The position numbers and the translations under genes were made by a program. From an uncultured Deferribacteraceae bacterium (GTDB lineage Bacteria; Chrysiogenota; Deferribacteres; CAMZNJ01), in the NCBI GenBank assembly GCA_947313855.1, contig CAMZNS010000035.1:2435-66434 (forward strand): DNA of 64,000 nt. The letters run 5' to 3'. This document shows, in pieces, positions 28,646 through 38,734 of this stretch; positions within the stretch are counted from its first letter, which is position 1, and every line of letters begins with the position of its first letter. The notes under the pieces were generated by a model. The model was not told the origin of the DNA. It did not search any database and worked only from the letters and a program-made list of their open reading frames with translations.

Positions 28646-29533
28646 ATGAACAAAAAAAGAACCACGCGTAACAGCACGCCGAAACCTAAGGGTAAGTCTG
28701 GTAAAGAACGCTTAGACAAGCTGGTGCACACCCTTGGACTTAGTGAGAGCCGTGAGCAGGCTGCTAAGATGATCATGGCAGGTCTTGTTGTTGTGGATGA
28801 TCACCGTGTTGATAAGGCTGGCAAGCTTGTGTCCACTACATCCAACGTTCGCCTCAAAAGTCGTCTCCCATTTGTTAGTCGTGGTGGCTACAAACTTGCT
28901 CATGGCGTCTCGGTATTTGGGTTGGAGCCCCGTGGTAAGCGTTGCCTTGATATCGGTTCAAGTACCGGCGGTTTCACTGATGTTTTGCTACAGGGTGGTG
29001 CATCTCAGGTTTACTGTGTTGATGTTGGTGAGTCCCTCTTGCACCACTCCATCGAGTCTCATCCTAATGTTTGCAGTATCCCTAAGACCAACTTTCGCAC
29101 CATTGATTTTGCTACCATCGGCGAGACACTTGATATCATTGTTGGCGATCTATCCTTCATCTCCCTTCGTCTCATCTTCCCCAGTATTGTTCAGTTCCTC
29201 CATGCAGAGACTTCGTCTCGCCCCTCCACAACCGTTGTGATGCTTATCAAGCCACAGTTTGAGGCTGATCGCGGCACTCCCATGCGACATGGTATTTTGA
29301 AGGATCTTTCTGTTCATGAGAAGATTATCCTTCAGGTACTTCGTTACGCTGAGGGGTCGCAACTATGTCTCACGGGGCTTACCCCCTCCCCTGTTTTGGG
29401 TGGTAAGGGTAATCGCGAATATTTATGTTGTCTAAAGGCGTGTTCAAGTGGTATAAAAATAGGAGAGAATGAGGATTATATTCGAACGATTATCCACGGA
29501 GTTGTGTATGAAGACCTTTGTTATAATCTCTAA
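28646..29533 (+). CDS. tlyA: TlyA-family rRNA methyltransferase
   Basis: S4 domain RLDKL, FVSRGGYKL, DIGSSTGGFTD, SFISL, KPQFE, GNRE. Confidence 0.95.
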   Translation: MNKKRTTRNSTPKPKGKSGKERLDKLVHTLGLSESREQAAKMIMAGLVVVDDHRVDKAGKLVSTTSNVRLKSRLPFVSRGGYKLAHGVSVFGLEPRGKRCLDIGSSTGGFTDVLLQGGASQVYCVDVGESLLHHSIESHPNVCSIPKTNFRTIDFATIGETLDIIVGDLSFISLRLIFPSIVQFLHAETSSRPSTTVVMLIKPQFEADRGTPMRHGILKDLSVHEKIILQVLRYAEGSQLCLTGLTPSPVLGGKGNREYLCCLKACSSGIKIGENEDYIRTIIHGVVYEDLCYNL

Positions 29534-30530
29534 AAGGTACAGCCCTGAGATTGAGTCTGTTATTCATAGGGTCAATAACTTCTTAACCAACCTTGGTTGC
29601 ACCGTTTTCACCGACACACCCGCTACCCCCCTCAATATCAATGCCATTATCGACACAACTACGACAAACTTCTCGTCCAAGGGTGAGTTTATCCAAACCA
29701 TCGACTTTGTCATAAGCATCGGTGGCGACGGCACCGTTATCTCCACGGATCATGCCTACAACAAACCGATTATCGCCATCAATATGGGCAAACTCGGCTT
29801 CCTCACCGAAGTTGCTCCCGATAATTTTGAGAGATACTTCACGGCACTCCTGCGTGGCGAATACACTATTCAGGATCGCATGAAGCTACACTACAAACAC
29901 ATGCGTCCTCAGCACCGCCAAACGCCACACACCCAAACGCCACACACTCAAACACCACACACCCAAACGCCACACACCCAAGCACCACACCGCCAAGCAC
30001 CACACAACAGCACTCATACAGCTAACGACAACCCCCACCATAACCCATCGTTCCCCCCTGCCCATACGGTTTCCAGCTACCATTGCCTCAACGACGTTGT
30101 TATCGCTCGCGGTCAGATACCTTCGTTAATCAACTTGGAGATGTTTGTGAATGGTGGTATGGTTTGCCAATACCATGCCGATGGCGTTATCGTTGCTACC
30201 CCCACCGGTTCCACCGCCTACAGTATGGCGGCAGGTGGTCCTATTGTTCACCCCGATCAGAACTCGTTCATCATTACGCCCATCTCCCCCCACTCCCTGT
30301 CCGACCGCCCCATTGTTGTGCCTAGTAGCCACACCATCATTCTTCGCGGCACCCAAGGGTATGGTGATGCCTACATTACCGCCGATGGTCAGCTTCGCGA
30401 CCAGTTCTTACCCCACGATTACATCGAGATATCCATCTCCCCCGAAACAGCCAAGCTTGTCAAATGGGACTACAACTTCTACTCCCTGATTAACGAAAAG
30501 CTACACTGGGGCAGGAGGTCGTATGCTTAG
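29508..30530 (+). CDS. nadK: NAD kinase with a low-complexity insertion
   Basis: GGDGT, INMGKLGFL, LNDVVI, DGVIVATPTGSTAYSMAAGGP; start ATG 29508. Confidence 0.95.
   Translation: MKTFVIISKRYSPEIESVIHRVNNFLTNLGCTVFTDTPATPLNINAIIDTTTTNFSSKGEFIQTIDFVISIGGDGTVISTDHAYNKPIIAINMGKLGFLTEVAPDNFERYFTALLRGEYTIQDRMKLHYKHMRPQHRQTPHTQTPHTQTPHTQTPHTQAPHRQAPHNSTHTANDNPHHNPSFPPAHTVSSYHCLNDVVIARGQIPSLINLEMFVNGGMVCQYHADGVIVATPTGSTAYSMAAGGPIVHPDQNSFIITPISPHSLSDRPIVVPSSHTIILRGTQGYGDAYITADGQLRDQFLPHDYIEISISPETAKLVKWDYNFYSLINEKLHWGRRSYA
29919..30005. repeat. 15-bp in-frame tandem repeat inside nadK (QTPHT)
   Basis: About 6 degenerate CAAACGCCACACACC units. Confidence 0.9.
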
Positions 30531-32208
30531 GCTTCTCCGCGTATCCAACGTTGCTGTCATCGAGCATGTTGAGATTGAGTTCGGCGATGGGCTCAACATT
30601 ATCTCAGGTGAAACTGGTGCCGGCAAATCTATCTTCATCGGCTCACTCAAACTCCTCCTCGGACACAGATTTAACCGCTCCATGTTGCGTGCTGGTGCGA
30701 CCAAACTCTCTGTGGAAGGTCTATTCGACACCCCCGAAGGGCTACCCATCGAACTATGCGACCAGTTCGACATCGAAGACGAAATCCTCATCCGACGACA
30801 CGTGGACGCTAACGGCAAAAATCGCGTCTACATCAACTCCTCCATGGCAACCGTTGCCGATCTCAAAACCCTAGGCGTCTTCCTAGCAGATATTCACGGA
30901 CAACACGAACACCAAAAACTACTCAACGCAAGCCACCACCTTGGCTTCATCGACGACATGCTCGATCCAACAATACTCGGCAACTTCCGAAAAGCATACC
31001 ACAGCTACAAAGAGGAACAAAATACTCTAACCGAACTAATCAACAACATCGAATCCATACGCGAACGTGAAGATATCCATCGATTCTACATCACCGAAAT
31101 CAACGAACTCAACCTCCATCCCGCAACTGACAACAATATCGAAGACCACATCAAATCACTAACTCATAGCGAAAAAATACAAACATCCTGTGGCAATGCA
31201 CTCAATATTATCGACTACCACGAAACAAACATAAACACTCTAATGCAACAGGCAATCAAAGAGCTCACACACATCAGCTCCCTCGCACCTAACGCCCATG
31301 AAGCCCTCAACATCCTTCATCAAGCCGCCAAAGACACATCCATCGCCGCAAACCTACTGCAGGAAATCCTCGACCAATACAACAACGAAAACACTAGCCA
31401 AGACGTGGACAAACTCCAAAGCCGTAACCACAAAATCAAATCCCTCATACAAAAACACAACGTCAACACTGTGGACGACCTACTAAACACCGCAAACAAC
31501 CTCGCAACACAAATGGATAACCTAGAATACGACTCCGCCAAAATCCAAAAACTAGAACAATCCGTAGCCATCGCCCTGGAAAAAGCACAAAACGAAGCGG
31601 ACATACTCAATCAACACCGTAAAAAAATCTCCAAAAAGATTTGTGCCGAAGTAACCAACATCCTAGCCGAACTCGAACTACCCAACGCAACCTTCTACGT
31701 CGACTTCAAAAACAAAGAGGAACTCAACAAAGATGGTGGCATCAACGTACAATTCTTCATCTCCCTAAACAAAGGGTTCGCACCCGCACCACTCGCCAAA
31801 GTCGCCTCTGGTGGGGAAGTCTCACGTGTCATGCTCGCACTCAAAGAGGTGTTCATGCAATCCGACAACATCGGTTGCATGGTGTTCGACGAGATAGATA
31901 CCGGCATCAGCGGTATCACGGCAAAGAAGGTGGGGCACAAACTTCGCAAGATTAGCCAAAACAAACAGATTATTGTTATCACCCACCTGCCCGTTGTTGC
32001 TGCCCAAGGGCGAAAACACTTCTTCATCGAAAAAGGGGTGCAAAGTGTGCAGCCGATTATTTCCGCCGAGGGTGTCACAGAGCTGTCCACCACCAACATA
32101 CGCGAAGTTAGGGGTGCTGAGCGTGAGTCTGTGATTGCTGTTATGATTGCGGGGGATGCAACGCAACAAGCCATACAGCAGGCACGCGACCTTATTCCGC
32201 CCACGTAG
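30523..32208 (+). CDS. recN: DNA repair protein RecN
   Basis: GETGAGKS, IHGQHEHQ, ASGGEVSR, FDEIDTGISG, ITHLP. Confidence 0.97.
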   Translation: MLRLLRVSNVAVIEHVEIEFGDGLNIISGETGAGKSIFIGSLKLLLGHRFNRSMLRAGATKLSVEGLFDTPEGLPIELCDQFDIEDEILIRRHVDANGKNRVYINSSMATVADLKTLGVFLADIHGQHEHQKLLNASHHLGFIDDMLDPTILGNFRKAYHSYKEEQNTLTELINNIESIREREDIHRFYITEINELNLHPATDNNIEDHIKSLTHSEKIQTSCGNALNIIDYHETNINTLMQQAIKELTHISSLAPNAHEALNILHQAAKDTSIAANLLQEILDQYNNENTSQDVDKLQSRNHKIKSLIQKHNVNTVDDLLNTANNLATQMDNLEYDSAKIQKLEQSVAIALEKAQNEADILNQHRKKISKKICAEVTNILAELELPNATFYVDFKNKEELNKDGGINVQFFISLNKGFAPAPLAKVASGGEVSRVMLALKEVFMQSDNIGCMVFDEIDTGISGITAKKVGHKLRKISQNKQIIVITHLPVVAAQGRKHFFIEKGVQSVQPIISAEGVTELSTTNIREVRGAERESVIAVMIAGDATQQAIQQARDLIPPT

Positions 32209-32420
32209 GTCGCACGCAAGTGGCACGCACGCACGTCGCACGCAAGTGGCACACACACGTCGCACGCAAGTGGCACGCACGTCGCACGCACGTCGCACGC
32301 AAGTGGCACGCAAGTCGCACGCAAGTGGCACGCACGTCGCACGCAAGTGGCACACACACGTCGCACGCAAGTGGCACACGCACCCACGCTCCCACGCATG
32401 CACCCACGCTCCCACGCGTA
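32207..32420. repeat. Mosaic array starting at the recN stop codon
   Basis: Reshuffled GTCGCACGCAAG / TGGCAC / GCAC / ACAC modules, then CACCCACGCTCCCACGC x2. Confidence 0.93.
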
Positions 32421-32598
32421 CACGCCTATCTTGCACGTAATCCGAATTTACTACTTGCAACAAGGCTCCTAACCCTGTAAACTTACACGATTGCAACCCT
32501 CCGTTTGGTGGCATGACGTTACCATTACCATGCCTCACCATTACCATTACTCTGGCTCAAGGTTTGCGGTTTTCGGTTTGCATTATGCGTAATCCCTT

Positions 32599-33285
32599 TT
32601 GTTCGAGATAACCACTATGATATCATTTATACTTACGCCGATACACTTCGTACTCGATTTCATCCACACAGCTGCCGTTGCCATGCTTGTTCTCATCGAT
32701 ATGTTCGGTTATTGGGGTGTTATTTTTCTCATGAGTATTGAGAGCTCCTTTATTCCGTTCCCCAGCGAGGTTATTGTGCCCGCTGCGGGGTATTTGGCAA
32801 GCCAAGGCACCATGAATATTTATTTGGTTGTTTTGTCGTCCATTGTTGGTTCCCTCATCGGTGCATACGTCAATTATTTCCTTGGTCGCACCATCGGCAG
32901 GAAAATACTGTACAGCCTCAAAATCCCCTTCCTCAAGGTTGAGTACATTCAGTTCTCCGAGCGTTTTTTCGCTAATCACGAAAACATGGCTGTCTTCATC
33001 GGTCGTCTTGTTCCTGTTGTTCGTCAGTATATTTCGTTCCCCGCAGGATTTGTTCGCATGTCCTTGCTTCGCTTCACCATATTCACAGCATTAGGTGCAG
33101 GTATTTGGTCGTCCATCCTTGCTTACATCGGCTACTATTTCGGCAACAACCAAGAGGCTTTCACCGCCCACCTTGACAAGTACTCCAACTGGGCATTTAT
33201 CTTCATATCCCTTGGCGTTATTGCCTACATCGCTTTCAAAATATACATCTCTAGGGTTGCCAAGCGTGAGAAAGTACAAGCTTAA
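32599..33285 (+). CDS. DedA-family membrane protein
   Basis: IESSFIPFPSEVI, GRLVPVVRQYISFPAG. Confidence 0.93.
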   Translation: MFEITTMISFILTPIHFVLDFIHTAAVAMLVLIDMFGYWGVIFLMSIESSFIPFPSEVIVPAAGYLASQGTMNIYLVVLSSIVGSLIGAYVNYFLGRTIGRKILYSLKIPFLKVEYIQFSERFFANHENMAVFIGRLVPVVRQYISFPAGFVRMSLLRFTIFTALGAGIWSSILAYIGYYFGNNQEAFTAHLDKYSNWAFIFISLGVIAYIAFKIYISRVAKREKVQA

Positions 33286-34114
33286 GCGAATCGCAGAACA
33301 CCTCAAAACACAGCACAACCTTCCACAACTGCACACCCTCCACCTCGCCTCCACAGCATCTACCAACACTCTACTCCTAAACGGCACCGACGGCGTAACC
33401 ACCATGAGCACCACCATGAGCACGAACACGCCAACGCCATACACCATCGTAACCTCAGACACGCAAACCGACGGACACGGCAGAAGCGGGCGTCAATGGT
33501 CATCCATCAAAGGGGAAGGGCTCTACATGTCCATCAGCTTGCCCCCCTTCAATAGCATGAACAACCCTCGAAGCATGGGACGCATGAACATCCTCGCCGG
33601 CTACTGTCTCTGCAAAAACCTGCGAAACGTAGGTATAAACACATACCTCAAATGGCCCAACGACATTATCCTCAACAACAAAAAGCTTGGCGGACTACTC
33701 CTAGAATCAACTCACCAAGGCTCAGCCACAACATCCATGGTCATGGGTATCGGTCTAAACATCAACCAAACAGGCAAAACACTACAACACCTACCCCAAG
33801 GCACATCTATCCGACTCAGTACTGGTCGTAAGTTCAACATGTATCACGCCTACAAAATCGTAGCATCCAGCATCCTCGAAGCACACATGCTCAGCAACAA
33901 AACGACGGGAACCGAACCCCATATTCAGTCACTTTGGGCACAATTCTCGCAAAACATCGGGGAAAAGATTAGCTTCCATACCGAAGTGCAATCTCAAACA
34001 AAAACAGTAGTCACCGAACGAGGAATCACTGCCGAAGGGTACATCATCACTACCGACAAACAAAACCACGAACACATCTACACATACGGCGAAGTCGGAT
34101 ACTCCAACATCTAA
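33266..34114 (+). CDS. birA: Biotin protein ligase (no HTH)
   Basis: STN, QTDGHGRSGRQW, KWPNDI, KLGGLLLE, GIGLN; start set at in-frame GTG 33266 overlapping the dedA end. Confidence 0.9.
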   Translation: MRKYKLKRIAEHLKTQHNLPQLHTLHLASTASTNTLLLNGTDGVTTMSTTMSTNTPTPYTIVTSDTQTDGHGRSGRQWSSIKGEGLYMSISLPPFNSMNNPRSMGRMNILAGYCLCKNLRNVGINTYLKWPNDIILNNKKLGGLLLESTHQGSATTSMVMGIGLNINQTGKTLQHLPQGTSIRLSTGRKFNMYHAYKIVASSILEAHMLSNKTTGTEPHIQSLWAQFSQNIGEKISFHTEVQSQTKTVVTERGITAEGYIITTDKQNHEHIYTYGEVGYSNI

Positions 34115-34296
34115 CGCAAAGCACACACTCCCCAAAAAACCCTCAATGCAAAATATCTATAACCTGTTGACAACAGTACCGTAAATGTAGTATTATAACT
34201 TGTGGTTTATCCAGACACCACAACACAACGATAATACAACAACACAACAACAACACAACAACAACTCTAAATACGAGGCAACTTGGGGACTCAACT

Positions 34297-35475
34297 ATGT
34301 ACTACGGCAATCTTGGCATACTCCTAAATGAAACTCGTGAAGAGAAAAAACTGTCCCTCGAAGAGGTCTCTCGAGGATGCAACATCAGCAAAGCATACAT
34401 CCAACTCATCGAAGAGGGCAACCTCTACCAACTACCATCCTACACTCATGCACGTAGCTTCATACGCAAATACTCCGAATACCTCAACTTCAACTACAAA
34501 AAAGACATCGAATACCTCTTCGACAGCGAATGCCAACGCAACGTCTTCGACAACAAAAATATTATCAATAACTCCACAGTTACCACCCATACTGTAACCT
34601 CAAAAACATCAAAAACAGAGCCTGCAAAGAGACTGAAACGGAAATCAGGTGACTCCACCAACACCTCCAATGACGACGCAAACACCACAGACGACACACA
34701 TAACACAAACAATAACAGCGAAAACGTTCTGTCATACATCAACTTCAAAGACATGCCCGACGTATCCTATGACCACGCACCACCAAACAGCAAGAAAAAC
34801 AATCTCCTACTCTACATCGTCTTTTCAGGCATATCTGTCCTCACCGTTGTTGTTGTCGGGCTAGCAATATGGAACAAAACTACCTCCAATATCGACCCCG
34901 TCTTCATCACTCCCGACCCCATAGTTGCAACCGATACCCCCCCCGATACCGTACCACAAGACACCCCCATACCCTACAACTACCTCGCAACCTCCTCCCT
35001 AGGGCTAACACCAACCCTCAACACTTACTACATTGCTCTCATCACCAGCGATATCACCAATGAAAGCATGAACCAGTTCCGCTCCCTGCCCATTGACGAC
35101 GATACCGCCGCACCACCCAACGTTACCTACGCCGATGCCATCCCCGACAACACACTCAGTCTTGACGACCCCAACAAGGTTCGAACAGCTTATATCGAGT
35201 TTACCGGCGAGTCTTGGGTGCATATTGAAAGCGATACCGGCGAAATCATCGAGGTAACCGGCGAAAGTGGCATCACGCTGCCATTCGAGTTCAAGTCCTA
35301 CTTCACCATTACCATCGGCAATATTGGCGGTGCTTCCATCCACTATGATGGCAGAAGAATCACATCCCTTGGCAATGAGGGGGAGATACTTCGGAATAAG
35401 ATTTTTACCCTCAACCGAAATACCGGCAAGTTCGACATAACCTCCAGACCTAGGGAAAATAACAACATAAACTAA
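34297..35475 (+). CDS. rodZ: RodZ-like protein (HTH, TM helix, DUF4115-like C-terminus)
   Basis: N-terminal HTH (LSLEEVS...IEEG...RSFIRKYSEYL), single TM, SWVHI...IGNIGG C-terminal domain. Confidence 0.75.
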   Translation: MYYGNLGILLNETREEKKLSLEEVSRGCNISKAYIQLIEEGNLYQLPSYTHARSFIRKYSEYLNFNYKKDIEYLFDSECQRNVFDNKNIINNSTVTTHTVTSKTSKTEPAKRLKRKSGDSTNTSNDDANTTDDTHNTNNNSENVLSYINFKDMPDVSYDHAPPNSKKNNLLLYIVFSGISVLTVVVVGLAIWNKTTSNIDPVFITPDPIVATDTPPDTVPQDTPIPYNYLATSSLGLTPTLNTYYIALITSDITNESMNQFRSLPIDDDTAAPPNVTYADAIPDNTLSLDDPNKVRTAYIEFTGESWVHIESDTGEIIEVTGESGITLPFEFKSYFTITIGNIGGASIHYDGRRITSLGNEGEILRNKIFTLNRNTGKFDITSRPRENNNIN

Positions 35476-35646
35476 ACAATCTTTATGGCCTTGACACGCA
35501 ATGGGAAATATATAACCTGAATACAGGGCCCTTGCAATTTTTTTCACTTTATCTGTAAAGATTGTATGGACTTATATATTGAAATAATACTAAACTAATG
35601 TTAAATAAATACCTCTGGTAACCACTTGAAAAAAAGGAGGAACCCT

Positions 35647-36834
35647 ATGATATACCTAGACAACATCGCCGGCTGTGCACCCGACAAACGTGTTGTGGAA
35701 AAAATACTGCCCTTCCTTACCGAAAGGTACGGCAACGCCAGTAGCCACTTCTACCACCTTGGTCGAGACGCATTCGAAGCAATGGAAGATGCACGCAAAG
35801 AGGTTGCAAAACTCATTGGAGCCAACAGCGATGATGTATATTTCACCGCCTCAGGAACCGAAAGCAACAACCTCGCCTTAAAAGGCATCATCTCCCACCC
35901 CGACAATCTTCACAAAAAACATATTATTCTCAGTGAATTGGAGCACTACTCCCTCCAAAACCCTGCCCGACGCCTTATCAGCAAGGGGTACAGAATCTCT
36001 TGGGCAAAGGTCACCCCCCAAGGTCATGTTGATACCGACCACCTTGCCTCATTGCTCGACGATGACACTGTTTTTGTTGCCATACAGCATGCTAATCCGG
36101 AGATAGGTACTGTCCAAGATATTGCTACTATTTCCAAGCTTGTCAAGGCTTCTGGTGCCCACCTCCACATCGATGCTGTTGCGAGTGCTGGTCTTCTTCC
36201 CGTCGACGTGGACACCTTCCAAGCTGATACATTGTCCCTTAGTGGCACCAACCTTTACGGTATCCGTGGCACTGCCGCGTTGTACATTCGCAAGGGTGTC
36301 AAAATTTTATCTGTTACCGAGGGTGGTGGTCAAGAGCAAGGTGTTCGTGCTGGTAGTGAAAATATTGTTGGTATTGTTGCCATGGGTGAAGGTGCCCGTA
36401 TTGTTCGCGAAGAGATGAGCACCTACGTGCCACAGCTCCAAGCATTAGGCGAAAACCTCATGTCTCGCATTACCTCCCTGTACGATTTCATCCATATTAC
36501 TGGCGAGTCGGACATGTCGAAACGCCTCCCCGGTAATGTTAGCTTCTGGGTTGAGTATATCGAAGGGGAGTCCCTCCTCATGTGGTATGCGGTCAAAGGC
36601 TTCGCTGTTGCCTCAGGCTCTGCTTGTGCGTCCAACATCCTTGCCGAAGACGAAGACGATCTCGAAGCCTCACCAATACTCACCGCTGTGGGGGTTCCCA
36701 CCGATATTTGTGCCGGTTCCGTCACCATGTCCCTTTCTCGCACCAATACTCAGGATGATGTTGATCGCGTAATTGCCGAAACCCCCGATATTGTTGACAG
36801 GTTATGTGCAATATCCCCCGCGTTTAATAAATAA
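35647..36834 (+). CDS. iscS: IscS/NifS-like protein lacking the PLP Schiff-base lysine
   Basis: IYLDN, FTASGTESNN, ELEH, NPEIGT, SGSAC; SGTNLYG replaces S(A/G)HKxxG; ATG 35647 after AGGAGG. Confidence 0.88.
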   Translation: MIYLDNIAGCAPDKRVVEKILPFLTERYGNASSHFYHLGRDAFEAMEDARKEVAKLIGANSDDVYFTASGTESNNLALKGIISHPDNLHKKHIILSELEHYSLQNPARRLISKGYRISWAKVTPQGHVDTDHLASLLDDDTVFVAIQHANPEIGTVQDIATISKLVKASGAHLHIDAVASAGLLPVDVDTFQADTLSLSGTNLYGIRGTAALYIRKGVKILSVTEGGGQEQGVRAGSENIVGIVAMGEGARIVREEMSTYVPQLQALGENLMSRITSLYDFIHITGESDMSKRLPGNVSFWVEYIEGESLLMWYAVKGFAVASGSACASNILAEDEDDLEASPILTAVGVPTDICAGSVTMSLSRTNTQDDVDRVIAETPDIVDRLCAISPAFNK

Positions 36835-36901
36835 GTTACATAATCAATAAAAAAGCTTACAATACTATTTCAGTAGAGCGAATCAGATTAAGGAGAGTAT
36901 T

Positions 36902-37345
36902 ATGAAATCACCGTATAACGATACAGTCATGGATCACTTTATGAACCCCCGAAACATGGGCGATCTCGAAGACGCAAACGCTGTTGCCGAGGTGGGGAAC
37001 CCTGCTTGTGGCGACATGATGCGACTTATGCTGAAAATTAATGACGACGGCGTTATTGAAGATATCAAGTTTAAAACATTCGGCTGTGCAGCGGCAATCG
37101 CCTCCAGCTCCATGACCTCAGAAATCATCAAAGGGAAAACCATCGAAGAGGCAATACAAGTCGGCAACAACGATATTGTTTCCGCCTTGGGTGGCGTTCC
37201 TGAAGTAAAGGTTCACTGCTCCATCATGGCGGAGGAAGCCCTAGAAGACGCCCTGAAAGACTACTACACCAAAACTGGCAAAAACTTGGACGACCTCAAT
37301 GCCATGATACACAAATACAAGGGCGATAGACCTGAACACCACTAA
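36902..37345 (+). CDS. iscU: Fe-S scaffold IscU/NifU N-terminal type
   Basis: DHFMNPRNMG, NPACGD, FKTFGC, KVHCS. Confidence 0.95.
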   Translation: MKSPYNDTVMDHFMNPRNMGDLEDANAVAEVGNPACGDMMRLMLKINDDGVIEDIKFKTFGCAAAIASSSMTSEIIKGKTIEEAIQVGNNDIVSALGGVPEVKVHCSIMAEEALEDALKDYYTKTGKNLDDLNAMIHKYKGDRPEHH

Positions 37346-37395
37346 AGCTGCGAAAAAACTCTTGCCAAAATAAAACAATAATACGAGGTGATACC

Positions 37396-37629
37396 ATGAG
37401 CCAAAGCCTGAAAGACAGAGTCCAAGACGTGTTGGAGCAGGTAAGACCGATGCTACAACGCGATGGTGGCGATGTTGTACTAATTGACGTTACTGAAAAG
37501 GGGGTTGTCTCCATCGAGTTGCAGGGGGCGTGTGTTGGGTGCCCATTCAGCACTATGACACTCAAGCATGGCATTGAGGCCGCTCTTAAGCGTGAGATCC
37601 CCGAGGTAACTGAGGTTGTAAGCCTCTAG
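37396..37629 (+). CDS. Nfu/NifU C-terminal domain protein
   Basis: VRPMLQRDGGDV, GACVGCP. Confidence 0.93.
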   Translation: MSQSLKDRVQDVLEQVRPMLQRDGGDVVLIDVTEKGVVSIELQGACVGCPFSTMTLKHGIEAALKREIPEVTEVVSL

Positions 37630-37681
37630 CCACTCTAGCCACTTGCAATTCGTTGCAATGTGTTCTGTTATCTTAATACGC

Positions 37682-37733
37682 AAAAAGGTTTGAAGCCACC
37701 CGTATGGATTGTGTGGTTTCAAGCCTTTTTTTT
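37682..37733. terminator. Bidirectional intrinsic terminator
   Basis: AAAAAGGTTTGAAGCCAC...GTGGTTTCAAGCCTTTTTTTT between convergent genes. Confidence 0.85.
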
Positions 37734-37760
37734 ATGTGTAGAAGACACTTTTGCGGTATT

Positions 37761-38612
37761 CTAGTTGTTTTGTTTATTTTGTTTGTTTCTCATTGCTACT
37801 GATGGTGGTACAAAGTTGTTGATACCTTGGGCAGCTAGTTCGATACATCTTTGAGCATTTTTTGGTGCTACTCCGTTGTGTACGTTGCAGAACGAGATGA
37901 ACACTTTTTTCGCTGTTACGGCTTTGTTGTTTATGAGTTCTAACATCCCTTTTATTTCTTGGTCAGAGTAGCTGTAGTTGTAGTATTTGTCGTCCATATT
38001 TATCCATTTTTTGCTACGACCAAACATTCTGATGTATAGTACCCCTTGCGATACAACGGGGTAGAGTGGCGGGAACCCCTTCCCTTTGGGCATATCTAGT
38101 GCGATCATCCCTACTTCGTTGTTTTTGAGTTCTTCGGTGTATCGTTCTTTGTACCAGCTGACGTTGTTTAGTTCTACGAATAGCGGTAGTTCGCCGAATT
38201 TATCTTTCATTCGGAATATGTGTTCGAGGTTTGTTTTTTTGCTTACGAAGCTTGGGTGGAAGTCGGCGAAGATTGACACTAGTTTTCCGGCATCGTGTAG
38301 CGGTTTTAGTCCTGCCAGGAATTCTTCTAGCAGTCCCTCTTCCACGTTGTATCTGATTAGTTCTTTTGGTATTCTTACGGAGAAGTTTATTTTCCCTTCA
38401 GTTTTTCTGAGCATCTCTTCCATTCTTGAAGCTAGTGGCATTTTGTAGAATGTGTAGGTTAGTTCTAGGAAGTTGAATCCTGTGTTTGTGTAGAATTCGA
38501 GTAATCCTTTAGGGCTTGTGTCTTCGGGGTAAAAGGTTCCCATCCAGTCGTTAAAGCTGTATCCTGAGGTTCCTACGAGTATCGGCGTTGAGTTTATATT
38601 GAAAGTGTTCAT
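37761..38612 (-). CDS. DUF72 family protein
   Basis: VGTSGYSFNDWMGTFYP, ELTYTFYKMP, YIRMFGR, YNYSYS. Confidence 0.88.
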   Translation of the reverse strand: MNTFNINSTPILVGTSGYSFNDWMGTFYPEDTSPKGLLEFYTNTGFNFLELTYTFYKMPLASRMEEMLRKTEGKINFSVRIPKELIRYNVEEGLLEEFLAGLKPLHDAGKLVSIFADFHPSFVSKKTNLEHIFRMKDKFGELPLFVELNNVSWYKERYTEELKNNEVGMIALDMPKGKGFPPLYPVVSQGVLYIRMFGRSKKWINMDDKYYNYSYSDQEIKGMLELINNKAVTAKKVFISFCNVHNGVAPKNAQRCIELAAQGINNFVPPSVAMRNKQNKQNN

Positions 38613-38734
38613 AGTCTTTGATTGTAGTGTTTCTTGAAAAACTTTGCAATATTATATTTGCTAAATTGAAAATGAGTTAATTAACGTGTATAATTGTGTA
38701 GTTCTTGAGTGTTACTACAATTGGAGTATTCTTT

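Noticed and set aside
31695-32547. Cys-rich ORFs of 241-242 aa
   Set aside because: They are stop-free frames produced by the repeat array and the antisense of recN.
33095-33265. N-terminal regulatory domain on BirA
   Set aside because: It overlaps dedA in another frame and shows no HTH pattern; an in-frame GTG at 33266 is more plausible.
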